DNA of 64,000 nucleotides from the human T2T-CHM13v2.0 reference genome, Homo sapiens (GCF_009914755.1 NC_060928.1); one strand, 5' to 3'. Counted from the stretch's first letter, positions 30,545 through 47,830 are shown. The notes: generated by a model not told the origin, from the sequence alone. Translations and numbers: made by a program.

Positions 30545-31412
30545 TCTTATTGTATGTATTTGAGGTATACAGCAAGATGTTTTGATATAAATATATAGCA
30601 AAATGACTTTTACAGTCAAATTAACATATCCACCACCTTACATAGTTACCTTTTTGTGTGTGAGGATCGAGTACCTAAAATCTACTCTCTTAGCAAATTA
30701 CTGTTCAGTGTGCAATGAAATATTATTAACTGTGGCCTCATGTTGTACATTAGATCTTATTATACATAACATATTATTATATAATATATAATAATAATAA
30801 CTTTCTTATACATAACTATAACTTCGTACGCTTCAAGCTGTATCTCCTAAATTCCCCCCTACCATCCCTCCTTTGGTAACTACCATTCTACTCTCAGTTT
30901 CTATGTACTTGACTATTTATAGATTCCACAAATAAGTGAGATCATTTCATATTTATTTTTCTGTGCTATCTGTGTCTGGTCTATTTCACTTACTATATGT
31001 CCTCCAGGTTCATCCATGTTGTTGCAAATGGCAGTATCCCTTCTTTTACAAAGCTGTACATATAGATGTGTGTGTATATATATGTATGCACACACGTATA
31101 TATATACACACACATATATATGCACACATACACATATACACATATACATATAACAGTTTCTTTATTCATTCATCCACTGATGGACACACATAGGTTGTAT
31201 CCATATCTTGACTATTATGAATAATGCTGCAATAAACATTAGAGCTCAGATATCTCTACAAGATGCTGATTTTATTTCCTTTGGGTGTATGTTCAGAAGA
31301 GGGATTGCTAGGTCATCTGATGGTGCTATGTTTAGTTTTTTGAGGAACCTCCATATCGTTTCCACAATAGCTGTACCAGCTTACATTCCCACCAACAGTG
31401 TACAAGGGTTTC
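30545..31412 (-). mobile_element. L1 3' end (L1MA-like) with internal TA/CA microsatellite
   Basis: tagattccacaaataagtgagatc...ttacattcccaccaacagtgtacaaggg; ORF 31313..31501 ends in an L1 ORF2-like remnant. Confidence 0.85.
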
Positions 31413-31803
31413 CTAATCTGGGGGAATTTAACATATTGTATTTGAGTAAACATTTCATAATACCAGTTAATACTGCTGTCAAAATAAGAATTTTTTGCCA
31501 TATAGTTAATGCAGATTTAGATATTTCAGTGCAATTATTTGAAAAAAACAAAATTGTGACAATACTATTATCTGAATAAACTTTACACATGAAATTTGGA
31601 AAGTCACCTATTATAGTATGTATTTTAGATTATTAATTATTTTTTTATAATTTTCTGAGATCAAGTTGGACATTAAGACAATGTATCAATATTTAATAGT
31701 CTCCAAGATCTCACATTAATTTGAATTACATTCAGAAATATTAGTTATTCAATATTAGCTTTTGTTTTGTTTGAAAGTCTGAAGTTTTAAAATAGGTGGA
31801 GGC

Positions 31804-32125
<322 letters not shown>

Positions 32126-32659
32126 TTAAGGGGATACAATCCAAGTAATACATTTAATAACTACTTTTAGGCTCAATTGAAAATGCCTAATAATGTGTGA
32201 AGCATTATTTTATTCATCAGACTTGAATTCTGAAATAAGCTCTCAGAATAAGTTTAGAAGTGCTACTCCAAAGAGCAGTGATTGTGTGTGTGAGATGGTG
32301 TGTGTGATCGTGTGTAATTAGTACTCTGTACTAATTACTACAAGAAACATTCCTTTAATTATGTTAGTGTATATGTATGGTATGTGCGAATTTTTAGTTT
32401 CTGAAAAAGATGATACTATTGTTAAGAAACACATTTATTTTCAGCACCTAATAGTAATGGTTTGCAAGGATAATTTATGCATTACCGATAGTGCCCCAAA
32501 TTAACCCATATAGTTTATTTAGAGGGGATACACAAAGATGTAAATACTGGAGGTATGATTCATTTGATGGCCATTTAAACATTGTTAAATTTGTTGCCAA
32601 GTGCCTATTTTATGATGAATATAATGTCATGTCTTGTTTCAAGACTGATAAGGGACTAA

Positions 32660-33800
32660 TAGAACCACTTTGGAAAGCAGTTTGCCAATATATTTAAGTT
32701 TAACATATTCATACCATATGACCAAACCATCTAATTTAAATTTTATAGCTCCAAGAAACTCTCAAACATGTTCATGAGGAGACATCTAAAATATGTTACG
32801 TTGTTTGTAATAGTGGAAACTTAGAAACAAATTAAATGTCATTTAACAGGGAAGTGGATACATTACATTGTGGTGTAAAGAGAGAACTAGACAACAATTA
32901 AAATAAGGAAATAAGATATATGTTTCAATATAAATATATCAGGAGTAAATGTATACAAAAGAAGCAAGAGGCAAAACAAAGAAATCATTCTCCAAAGAGC
33001 TGAAGAGACCAGTGACTGACAGAAATTGTTTAGTTTACAAGATAACAAATAAAAAAAGAAACAGTGCTAAAACTCCTTCTGCTTATAAGATAACAAAACT
33101 AGCTAAAATGGATTAATGCCAATATGACTGTTGAAATAGACTTTGCAGAGAACAGACATGCTGACATCACAGCCTGAATATTCACTGCATGTTTCATACT
33201 AACTCCTCCCAAATTTGCACATGGGACCCATGAGGAGGCATGAAGAGATAACTGTGCATGCCCAAGGACTTTCCAGACCTCCTCTTTCCTTCCACCAATC
33301 TCCTGCTAATTCCAGAATCCACCCCCTAAACTTTTTCTAATAAAATTACTACCTTAAAGCCAGTACAGGGAGACAGATTTGAGCTGGACTCATGTCACCT
33401 TGTTAGTCAAATTGCAATAAAAACTTCTCTTTTATCAAAAACTCAGTGACATACTATTGGCTTCTAGTGCATCAGGGAGCAAACCACTTTCTCTCAATAA
33501 TGATAATACCTTCAGCCAAATACTCATATAAAATTTAAAACTTAAAAAAACCATTATGCATGTTGTAGGTATGTATGTAGCCATATGAACAAATTTGCAT
33601 GAAAAAATTAATAACAAATTCAAGATAATGGGTATCTGTGGCAGAAAGAGGAATGAAATAAGGGAAACATTGACTATTTCAACTGTTTATGTAAGCTTTA
33701 TCTCATTAAAAATATCTCAAGCAAATATTGCAAAATGTTAAGTTTTGCTAAATCTGGTGGTCAGGACTTAGGTGTTCACTATGTTACTTTTTTTATATTC
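32660..33800 (+). mobile_element. Old L1ME-like fragment split by an LTR
   Basis: accactttggaaagcagtttgcca...; resumes about 33500 to gcaaaatgttaa. Confidence 0.55.
33001..33497 (+). mobile_element. ERV1-class solo LTR (MER4-group-like)
   Basis: gggagacagatttgagctg...gcaataaa...ttggcttctagtgcatcagg LTR R/U5-like end. Confidence 0.55.
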
Positions 33801-33809
33801 ATCTTCTTT

Positions 33810-34345
33810 TGTGGAGCAAAGCACTATAAAACTTTCTAGCTTAAAACAATTTATGATACTCTTTCACAGTGCACATAGTTTGACTAGGCTCATATGGTGG
33901 TTTTCCCTGGAGGTCCTTCATCCCATTGCAGTTAGATAGTGGCTGGGGCTGGCATAATTTGAAGGTTTGACTGAGCTGGGCATTGAAGATAGCTTATTGC
34001 TTCACATGACTGGTGCTTCAGATAGACAGGGGGAATTGGCTGGAGATCTCTCTTCCCCCACCTCCCCCATCTTACTTACTTAGCCAGCTTGGATTTCCAC
34101 ATAACATGATGATCTTGGGGTAGTAAGACTTTTTATATGCCGGCTGGTTTTCCCAAAGTAAGCATTTCAAGTTAGACTGAAGCTGAAGACTTCTTATGAC
34201 CAAACCTTGAAAGTCACAGAGCATTATCCTATTGGTCAGAGCAGGTAACAGGGTCAAACCAGATTCATGCAGAGGGGATAACAAAGATGTAAATACTGAG
34301 AGATATGATTCATTTGATGGCCATCTTTGAAGACTAGCTGTTATA
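33810..34345 (-). mobile_element. Old MLT1 (MaLR) LTR
   Basis: ggctggggctgg...tgaaggtttgactgagctgg...ctattggtcagagca...ggccatctttgaagactagct. Confidence 0.7.
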
Positions 34346-34407
34346 TATATTTTTCATATGCCTGAAATATTTCATAGAACAAATTGAATAGCATTTTATA
34401 AGAATGG

Positions 34408-35151
<744 letters not shown>

Positions 35152-37326
35152 GTTGTACGGGGATATAAAATTAAATGTTTATTAAATGTTTTGGGTTCTA
35201 GTAAAATTTTGTGTGTCAATTCAATGTTAAAATTTTTCTCACCTTTCAAATGCCATTAAATTGTTCCAAAAAGTGATATGAAATTGTTACAGAACTCTGA
35301 ACTTTATCTTACAACAACTTATTGTTTTTATTAGTCTTAGGATAGGCAGTTTTTTACGACACAGTAACTCATGATATGTGAACCATTATAAATGTTAAAC
35401 TTTCATGAACTATTACTTAGATTCTAAATTAATCATTATATTTGAATTTTGTTCTTTTGACTTTTCAGTCAAACAATGCATTCTCACTATAGAGATTTTG
35501 GAGACAACAAAATACTAGAAAGAAAACATTATATACCATACAATGTAAAACACATTTTAAAACTCTTTTTAAAAACATAGGCCTAAGCCTTTGCGAAAAT
35601 ATCAACATTTACTTTACAAGCTTTGGGTAAAAAAGTAGTGAGTGAGCATATTTGGCAAGTTAATAAGCCAAAGAAACAAAGATGCAGAATGTGTTGTGTA
35701 TTTTATGCAATTTTATTATATATATTTGCATTGGATATTTTAATCATTTTTTTTACTGGTGATATGAAGGAATTCCTCTTTTAAATATATTTATAACCAG
35801 AAGAAAACACAAATTAAACCTAAAGAATGCAGGTATTTTCACTAATCATTCTAGACACAAATATTTTAGTCTTTCAAATGTTTAAATAAGAACCACCTTT
35901 AAAGTAAAGCACAATAGCAGAAATGTATGTGTTTTTTTTTCTGTATCTTTAAGTCCCCAATACAGAACCTATAACACAAATCAGACACACGCAAACTAAA
36001 TGATTAAAGTATCATAGATATATACTAGCCTGCCATCAAACCAACACAGTGTTTGGAATTAAACTTTCACTTTCCAAACAAATCTGTGAATCCTGAACAT
36101 GATACAGTGGTGAAATATTTGGTCCTCAAAAGACTATGAAGCCAGACTGCTCTTCATTACCATCTGGTGGCTACTGCATGGAGTGGCATTAACCATAATT
36201 TTAAGAGAGAGTTAAAGGGAGTGAATGTCATAAGAATAGAAGGAGAACCTCAATGGTATTGATTAATATTGAAAATGCATGAAGATAAATATCAGAGAAG
36301 GATTTGGGACTTTGCCATAGAAAAGTATACCACAAAAAGTTATTTATTGGAAACAGTTTAGAGTGAGCAAAAGTTGAATGTTTGATTTATGGATAGCATA
36401 AGACTCCCAAATCACTCCTATTTGCTTTATAATAAAAAAAAACTTTGTTCTTTTAGTGATAAATTCTATGTAGCAAATTGTCTGAATCTACTAAAGCTTT
36501 CAGTCCTCCATGTATCTTCACATGTCACTTGCCTCAGAAGTACCCTTTTCTATTTTATCTACCTGGAAAACACTTACATATCTTTAAAATTTAGATTAAG
36601 TGCAGCTCACTTGTGAAATCCACCTCCTCCCAGGTAAGGGTTTTGTTATCTGTCTCTACAGACTGTTGTAATTCTGTGGACCGTTTGCCTAATGGTTTCT
36701 TTTCATGACTGACTGAGTTTCTCGAGGATGGGGATGATGTTTTATTTATTTTTGTAAGACCCAAGTCCTAAGCATTTAATATGCTTATGTAAGGAATGAA
36801 TCCAGGAGGAAGTTCATTGTTATTTAGGAAATAAATAACAATATTTTAAACCAAAAGAAACCTCTCACATTTCAGACTTGACAGACACTGAGACAAGGGA
36901 CAAATTTAGGTTTTGGAGAAAGTAAATGTCCATATTGACATTCAAGTTTCCCACTTCCATGACAGAATTGCAGAGCTAAAACAGAACCAGAGAAATCATC
37001 TAGTTCTGCTACATTCTTTTAAGTATGGGAATGAGGCTCAGAGAGACGACATGATTTTCCTAAGTTTCTGTAATTGCTAACTACCAGAATCAGGATTGGA
37101 ATCCCAGTCTTCTGACTCTTCCTCCAGTGAGGCGTTTATTCTGCTGATTTAATCTCTGACTTCCCTTAAGAGGAACCTTAGGTCTAGGAAATTGGGCTTT
37201 GAACCTAAAATGCAATGTCCTTTCAGGAATTCAATCCTATTGATCAATGTCAGCCCACACATATTTACAGGCAAGTTAGGAAATCATTAATTATGTTATG
37301 CGGCATTACAATAATATATTTAAAAC

Positions 37327-37640
37327 GTTCTTTTGTTTTTTTTGTTTGTTTTGTTTTTGTTTTAGATGGAGTATTGCTCTGTCCCCAGGCTGGAGTGCAG
37401 TGGTGCCATCTCGGCTCATGCAACCGCCACCTCCTGGGTTCAAGCGGTTCCCCTGCCTCAGCCTCCCGAGTAGCTGGGACTACAGGCGCGTCCCACCAAG
37501 CCTGTCTAACTTTTTGTGTTTTAGTAGAGACGGGGTTTCACCATGTTGGCCAGGTTGGTCTCGATCTCCTTACCTTGTGATCTGCCTGCCTCGGCCTTTC
37601 AAAGTGCTGAGATTACAGGTGTGAGCCACCGTGCCTGACC
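37327..37640 (-). mobile_element. Alu with 20-bp TSD TACAATAATATATTTAAAAC
   Basis: TSD at 37307-37326 and 37641-37660. Confidence 0.95.
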
Positions 37641-38489
37641 TACAATAATATATTTAAAACTTTCTTAAAGTTCTTTAATTTTTCCCAGTGGTTACAATTC
37701 TAGGCATTGATTCTAAGAAAATGACGAGACACTTATGTCAAGATTATAGGCATGATGAGCAATAGAGCATCATTATTAATACCTTTTATTTTTAGTTTTT
37801 ATGGGTACATGGTAGGTGTATTTGTTTATGGGAGACATGAGATATTTTAATACAGGCATGCAATGCATAATATTAATACTTTAAAAAAAAAGAATAGGTT
37901 CCCTGGTTTAATTTCCAATGTCTTTGACTATTAAAGGATATACTTTAGGGTTGAATGGGAAGAGTTTGAGATGCTCAAAACACACCTTGCTTTTTGACTG
38001 CCTATTCCAACTATTGGTGCGGCCAGACACTTGATTTAAAAAACAAACAGACAAGCAAACAAACAAAAAACAGATGACACAGTCTCTTCGAATCTGTTAA
38101 GATACGTAGTTTATAATCCAGAATTGGTTTTATTCTGTCAATGTGTATTTGATTTCGTATCATCTAGTTTTTCCACCTTTAAAAATTATACTTCTAGGAA
38201 AAACAATATGTTTGCTATTTGAAGTTTAATACTTATAGTTTCAATAGTTTTGTGTTTCCTCGAAGGTCAATGGCATGCAGTGATTTGTAACTGTTGCTAA
38301 GGCATATATAGAAACAGTGAATTCTGAGAGGCTAAGGAGCAGGCAGATGCAATCACCTAGATGGAGAGAGAGCCAAAGCCAAGAGTGGGCCTAGGGGGAG
38401 GCCAGACACACCTGGCTTTGTGACTCCTAGGGTTAATGTCCCAGATGCAGAAACTTTCCTGAAGTGATTTTTAAAAATGGTTCTCCGTA

Positions 38490-38945
<456 letters not shown>

Positions 38946-40119
38946 TCATAAGGTAAAAACCATCGGCAGTCTCTCTTAACTTATAGTCAGCTTTTTTTAA
39001 GCCTCCTGAAGATCCAAGGACTAAAAATGTCCTTTTGTCAATCACAGAGAACTTTACGTCTCCCTCTGCAACTTCTCTAAAATTAGGAACCAGTGCTTCT
39101 GCAATGGCTACCCAATTTCTTTACCTAACTCTGAAAGAGTCAACTTGTAACATATGGGGCTTAGCAAAACTGTGCCTTCATTTAATTTGTCCTCTACTCT
39201 GGCTTATTTGCAGCCAAACTTTCAGGATTTTAATCTTTGTCTTATGAATACAAATGTCTTCTTTCCTCCCTTCTTTCATTTCTTCCTGTACTTATTTTTT
39301 TATTTACTTAAAAACTTGGAAGTATCTGATTTGAGGAGGCTTTTGTTATTCTTTTTTTTTTCACATCTTCTAATAAAGAAGCAATAATTTCTTTTGTTTT
39401 ATTTTGCTTGGTAAAAATCAGACACTATTTTTCTGACTCATTTTGACATTCTTTGACAATGGAATCCCTTCCATTAGATCATTTCCGACAGAATTATAAC
39501 GAAAAATGTGTTTTTCTCTGTCCCTGATATATTGAATTATGACCACAGATTTTGATTTTAGATTGGGTTCATCTTTCAAAAATTTCATAAGTCTACCAAT
39601 CTTTCACAGACAGACCCTTCATTATGTTATGCTGAAACAGTTGGGCTCTTGGGAAAGATATTTATTGTAATAAAATAATACTATACATATATAATACATA
39701 TAATACAGAGTGCATATTCCCACAGAATTTGCAGTACCAAAAAATTAAAAATGTTTTCAAAACTTTCCTATAATGATCATAAGATGGAACTATTTTCTTT
39801 TATAGGTCAGGTACATCTATTGCATCTATAATATGTCTTATAACATGAATACAAAATTATTCCAAAATCAAATTGCTTCACTTGCATTTTATTATAGTGA
39901 CTTGAATTTTGATAAGATGTGTAGCTATAAAAATACTGTTTATCAAGTGGGGAATTATAGAGTCCAAGAATAAAAAATCATTATATCTAGGTTTAGCATA
40001 AGGTTCTGTAACTAACATGTTATTTTCAACATATTTGGCTTTTCTTGTAACACAAAGTTTTGCTATATGTGAACTCTAACAGGAACAAGTGAGATTAAGT
40101 GAGACAAATAGACAAATAT

Positions 40120-41085
<966 letters not shown>

Positions 41086-41218
41086 TTCCAGAGAATGAAG
41101 AAAAGCTGGGGCAAGAGGCCGGATAGGGGAGACAGATACCAAGGAGATGTAAGCCTTACTTAGGACATTTGTATTCTAACAGCATTAAGTACCATTAAAG
41201 GACGTATACCTTGGAACT

Positions 41219-41220
<2 letters not shown>

Positions 41221-41290
<70 letters not shown>
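41221..41290. repeat. (TA)n microsatellite, about 35 units with one interruption
   Basis: Directly visible. Confidence 0.97.
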
Positions 41291-41850
41291 AAATCAAGTT
41301 TGTATTTTTAAATAGTCATTCTGGTTACAGCTGAGATGCCAGGGAGGAATGATTGTGAGATTAGGTAAATAATGTTTTGGAGTGAAGAGAAGTATAGAGA
41401 CAGGCACGACAATTTGCCCTTACGCATTATTGGTGAGTGTGGTTGCTTGAACTGGAATAGTGGCAGTGGAGATAGAAATAAGAGGAAAGATTAGAGAAAT
41501 ATTTAGGTGGCAAGATGGACATTGTTGGTATTTGTTAGCAAGAAATGACTCCCAGATTTTTGTCTTGGTTACATGCTTGAGTGTTGTCATTCATTAAATA
41601 CAGAATACAGGAAGTTGGAGGGCAGAAAACTAGAGATGATCATTGTGGGACAACCAAAAGTGCCCTATAGTCACTTAGAACAGTGCTCTGTACCTAAAAT
41701 ATACATTTGAAATGATAAATGGTAAATAAGACGTGGGCTAGATGAGATTCTACAAAGAAATAATAGAAGAGAGTAGAAAGTTTGTGTTAGAATATAAGGA
41801 ATGCCAACTGTAAAACTTCTAATATGGACTATCATTTCAGGAAAAAATAA

Positions 41851-42559
<709 letters not shown>

Positions 42560-45500
42560 AGATACTACATTTTGTTCACTCAATATTTTTGTATATAAAT
42601 ATAAAACAAAATATAAATATATTCAAAATATTTATTAATTAAATTTTATATAAATTATGTATCTATAAAAAGTTAAATATATGTTTTTGTATCAAAACAT
42701 CACATTTACCACACAAAATATATACCATTATGTACCCATAATAATTAAAAGTTTTAAAAACACTACCATTATAATGTATTTGCCTTACAGGCTTACCTAT
42801 ATAATTTTAAAGAATAACACCTAAAATTAATGCATTAACACAGGTAATCAACACTATCTACCAAGTTTAATGTGTTTAATGTGCTTACATTAAGAACAAC
42901 ATCAATTTTAGTTTTTTTAAGAAGAAAAAAATAGAACTTGAGAGCTAATAAGTCCAGTTGTAGAAACCAAGTTTATGACCATTGACAAGAGGCCTCTGGT
43001 TAGCCAGATGATGTCAAAGTCGTATGATAGCATAAAATCCATACCATTGTGGATTATCTCCAAAGGTACTCTGGAATTTGATTGTAGGAGTGGAGAAGTT
43101 AATTGGTTGAGGTGATTTAAGTTGGGGGGTTTTAGGGCCTGTCCACTGGATAAGGAGAAGTGTGCCAAAAACATTATGTATTGACCACTGAGTGATTGAG
43201 GTAGTACTCAACAGGTGGTCTTCAGCCTGGAACGGAAATAAATAAAACCAAGAATGTGATGGTGGTCACCATTTGATAAGCAACTGAAAGTTTCATCCAA
43301 ATTCAGTATTTTTTAATGGATGTGTATACTTTGAAAGCTTCCTTTTTAAAGGCTCTACTAAACAGTTCACAAAACAAGACATTCGGATGAGCTGTGCAAC
43401 TCTGTGCAGATAAACTTTACCTACCACAGCTGACATTTTAACCAGGCTTCTGCTCACCTCTGGATAAATTTGGCTGTTTTGCTGCAGATTCTCAGCCAGC
43501 CTTTGCTTTGGTGCATACTCAAGGAAGCTTTCTCAATGAGTGGCACACACTGTCTTGTCCTTCCTTTAATAAGTAATGAAACAATGCAGGAGGAATTGCA
43601 ATCACCAAAGTATTTCTTTTTAAAAAAATGTTTAAGATGTAATCAGATGATCATGTTATCTGAGCAACAAACTATAATAAAATATAGCCAGTAAAGCTAA
43701 CCAGACCCATTTGCTGACTATTAGAGCAGTAATAACTTTTTACATTATTTAGTTCAGATCTCTGCCTCATCCTTGCTTAAGAGATGAGAACCTGAGGGGT
43801 TAAGTAACAAAATAAAGATCACATCTAGTCAGTTAATGGTAGTTAGGTCTCCTGCCTCCTACTCTAATAGTCTGTGAATGATTGCATAACAATGATTGTG
43901 TTGCACACTAATGAAGGAAATATTGTAAGCAATGCAGAGCTTACTTTATTTTGTCAATGCAAATAAATATGATCAACTCAAATGTTGCCACATTTCCCAG
44001 TAACTTTTATTATTGTGAAATTATCATGCCATCACCATATATTCTTATTATGTAGCAAAGTTCCTGAATCTTCCTCCCCAAAGCTGGAATGTTGTTGGCT
44101 CTGACCTAGTGTCATCCTGACTCCTGAACTTCTTAGCTGTTTCACTTTTGGAACATTGCTTCTCCACTCTGGGTTTCAGTGTCATTTGCAAAATGAGGAC
44201 AATGATAGTGCCTATTTCATAGGATTTTTATCAAAGATGAAATGTGTTAATACATGTTAAAACTATTTGAAGAGCTCCTGGAACATAGTTAGCACTAACA
44301 AAGTGTTAGTTCTATTAATAACTCACACAGTGGATTTTTGAACCTGACACTTTTTTTTTTTAAACTCATTGCCACTGACAGAGAGTCCTTCTTCAGCTAG
44401 AGGTAAAAATCTTAAAAGTGTTAAAACATTAGAGAGTTAACACGTTGGTGTGAATAAGTTTTAGTCAAAGTGAAAGTGAAAGCATTAGACTAGTTGCAGT
44501 TTCAATGGTAGATGAAATTCAAAGGTCAAAGTACCTAAAAATTGAGAGGAAATGCAGCTGTGTGGGAAACATTAGCAGAAAAAGGTGGGAGGGCCCAGGG
44601 ACAAACTTCAAAGACTTTCCTGTTTTGCCCAAGACCTCACCTTATCATTGTTGCTGCAAAAATAAGGCCACAGGTATGAGCTGGACCCAGACCTGTGATC
44701 CCACTCAGGACTGAGGGAGCTGCAGTAGGTATTAAACCCAGCTGTGAACTGTCTGGGCGGCAACTACAGAGAAAAATGGACAGCAAGAAGGATGTGAGCT
44801 GAACTGAGGACTTCTACCTTGGGTACTGCTTGCTTGGGGCCAAAAACTAGGTGCAAGAATGAATAAGGGTAAGGTCCCAAGTAGGGTCAAATGGTTTTGT
44901 TTGACCATTTGGGAAACAGAAACATATCAGACTCAGACTCTGAGGCCAAGCTGCTCCCAAAGAGATCATTTGTGGGCATGCACATCTGTTCTGGTATGTT
45001 CCAGTCATGGTGGTGGGGTACATGAGTTTGATTAAGCCTTGCTTCACTTTGTATTTTTCATATAGTTTCAATCTTAGGGTAGCTCATTTATTCATATTCT
45101 CTGAGTAAAATGCACTTCTTAATAAAGGGGAAAAACTTCCCCTTTTCAAGCTTTAAGATTTGTACCTAAATCTAATTTTATGTTTGATGAATGAGTATAA
45201 ATCTTCCCACCAACTATATATGCTGTATAGGCTTCTATAAAAATTCTTCCCAATCATTAAAAGCCCATTTTAAAAAATATTTCCAAATACAGGAAAAAAA
45301 ATCCCACAGTAGAATATGATATAATAAACATCTAGGTACTCCACACTGAGTGCTATTAAATTCTAACATTTGTCAAAATTGATTCAGAATTTAAAAATAA
45401 ATTAATAAAACATTACAGATACAATTAAAGCTTCCTGAGTATCCACCACACTGTCCTTCATTTGAAAGTAAACACCATATTGAATTTGGTAGTTCATTTC

Positions 45501-45602
45501 ATGCACACTTATATATTTTTACATGTGTATACAAAATAAATACCATGTAACATTATTTTTTGTTTTAAATATTTTATATATAATATCATCATGCAAATTG
45601 AT

Positions 45603-45916
45603 GTTTTTAAATTCAGAAGTACATGTGCAGGTTTGTTACACAGGTAAACATGCATCATGGGGGTTTGTTGTACAGATTATTTCATCACCCAGGTATTAAG
45701 CCTAGTATACATTAGTTATTTTTCTTGACCCTCTCCCTCCTCCCACCCTCCACCCTCTGATAGGCCACAGTGTGTGTTGTTTCCCTCTATGTGTCCAGGT
45801 GTTCTCATCATTTAGCTCTCACTTATAAGTGAGAACATGTGGTATTTGGTTTTCTCTTCCTGCCTCAGTTTGCTAAGGATAATGGTCTCCAGCTCCATCC
45901 ATTTCCCTACAAAGGC
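45603..45916 (-). mobile_element. L1PA 3' end fragment
   Basis: tacatgtgcaggtttgttacacaggtaaac...cacttataagtgagaacatg. Confidence 0.9.
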
Positions 45917-46344
45917 TTTTTATATTAATTTGTATTTTTGAGATTACCTATGTTTAAACATTGTCATGGTAATCAACCCTAGCCTCTATAACAAAAACAA
46001 TACAAAATAATGAAAAGTTTATTTCTTCTTCATGTAAAGTCCAATGTTGTTTATTCGTATGCATTCCTCAGTAGCTTGTCTCCAAGTGTTGACACAGGTA
46101 TCTGGCTCCTCTCATTACATGGCTCCACTATCTTAGATTCCCTTTTTCTAGCCATTTTCTGTATACATGGGAGAGAAAGGAAAAGGAGAGAAAACACATG
46201 AGATATTTAACCATCTTAGCTAAGAAGTAACCTATGACATTTCTTTTCACATTCTTTTGATCAGAACATGTCACATGGTAATTGGAACCTCAAGGGAAGT
46301 ATGTCAAGAAGCCTGTGGATGTTGGTATTCCACAACAGATTCTG

Positions 46345-47830
46345 CCACAAAAATATAGTTGTAGTTCATTTGTGTAACCACTGCAAAGTTTTCCATTGTA
46401 TGAGTACACCACAATTTATTCATTCTCCTGTTGATGGGCATATACCTTGCTTTTAATTTTTCACTACTATAAATTAGAGTGCAATGAACATTCTTGGACA
46501 TGTCACTTTGTGCATTAGACCAACAAATTGCATTCTGTGTGTGTGTGTGTGTGTGTGTGTGTAAGGCTATTCTTATCTTTAGCATTACCAATTACACCTG
46601 ATGGTTTTTCAAGGTAACTAAATAATTTGTGTTCCCATCTCTCTACATACTTAAGAACACTTGTATTATTGTTTTAAAATTATTTTTAGAAATAAGCTGG
46701 GTGCCCACCACCATGCCCGGATAATTTTTGTATTTTTATTAGAGGCAGGGTTTCACCATGTTGGCCAGGCTGGTTTCCAACTCCTGACCTCAGGTGATCC
46801 ACCCACCCTAGCCTCCCGAGTGCTGGGATTACAGGACTGATCCACTGTGCCCGGTCTGTGCAGACAATTTAATGAACAAAATGATGTTTCTTGGTTTAAA
46901 GGAGAGTAGAATCAGTTTTTGAACTAGGTGCTAAAATGTCCAACCTGATAATGCTAAAAATGCTGTTTCATCAGTTTATTTACATTATTTAGGTTTAAGA
47001 TATTTTCGTGTGTGCAGTTGTCATTTGGATTTATCTTCTTTGAATTCTATTCATATCCATTGTTCATTCTTTTATTGACTTGGCTGTCTTTTCCTTAGTT
47101 ATTTAGGGGGCACTTTGTTAATCCTAGATTCTATTTTTTGTTATAGGCTATTATCTTTTGCAAAAATATTTTATACCAAGTTTTTAAACTTCCAATAGTG
47201 TCTTGGAGTGAAACTATGATAGAAGGAAGAGAACAAATTTATTACTTTTATGTGGAGTTGCACCAAAATAGAATTTTGCATTATGTAGAAGATTTAAATT
47301 TGAAAATAGTCAAGTTTATGAATCTTTTCACTATGGTTTGTGTTTTTTCTGTCTTGTCCAAGAAATTTTTCTCTAAAATAATGTCACAAAATTTTGTCCC
47401 ATTTATTTTAATTATAAAATTTTATAGGATTTTCATTTATCTCACCTTGAGTACATTTTTGTATATGCTACGAAGTAGGTATCCAGGTTTATTGTCTTTT
47501 CCTATAGATAATCAACTCTAAAAACACTAGAGATCTTATAATCTCTCATTTGCAGTGTTACCTCTATAATGTATCATGTATCCATATATTATTGGAACTG
47601 GTTGTGAATGTCCTATTCTGCACTTTTACAATTTCCATAGTTTCATGATAGATTTTGAGAGCTACTAAGGTAAAATCTTCCACTTTGCTTTCTACAAACA
47701 CTTGCAGCTAGCTATTCTTTGCCCTGGGTTTGTCAATATAAATTTTCAAAATGTCATCTTTATAAAGAACCTGTCAATATCTAAATCTAACACTATTGTC
47801 ATGTTTGTATTATAGGATAAGCACTATTGA
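46345..47830 (-). mobile_element. Old L1M fragments
   Basis: ttccattgtatgagtacaccacaatttattcattctcctgttgatgggca etc. Confidence 0.6.
46700..46947 (+). repeat. Dispersed duplicate of 50129-50378 (Alu left arm plus about 92 bp unique flank)
   Basis: Aligned by eye; 7 mismatches in the roughly 92-bp non-Alu part. Confidence 0.92.

Noticed and set aside
45124-45145. 9-bp stem followed by Ts, resembling an intrinsic terminator
   Set aside because: Eukaryotic intergenic DNA; expected by chance
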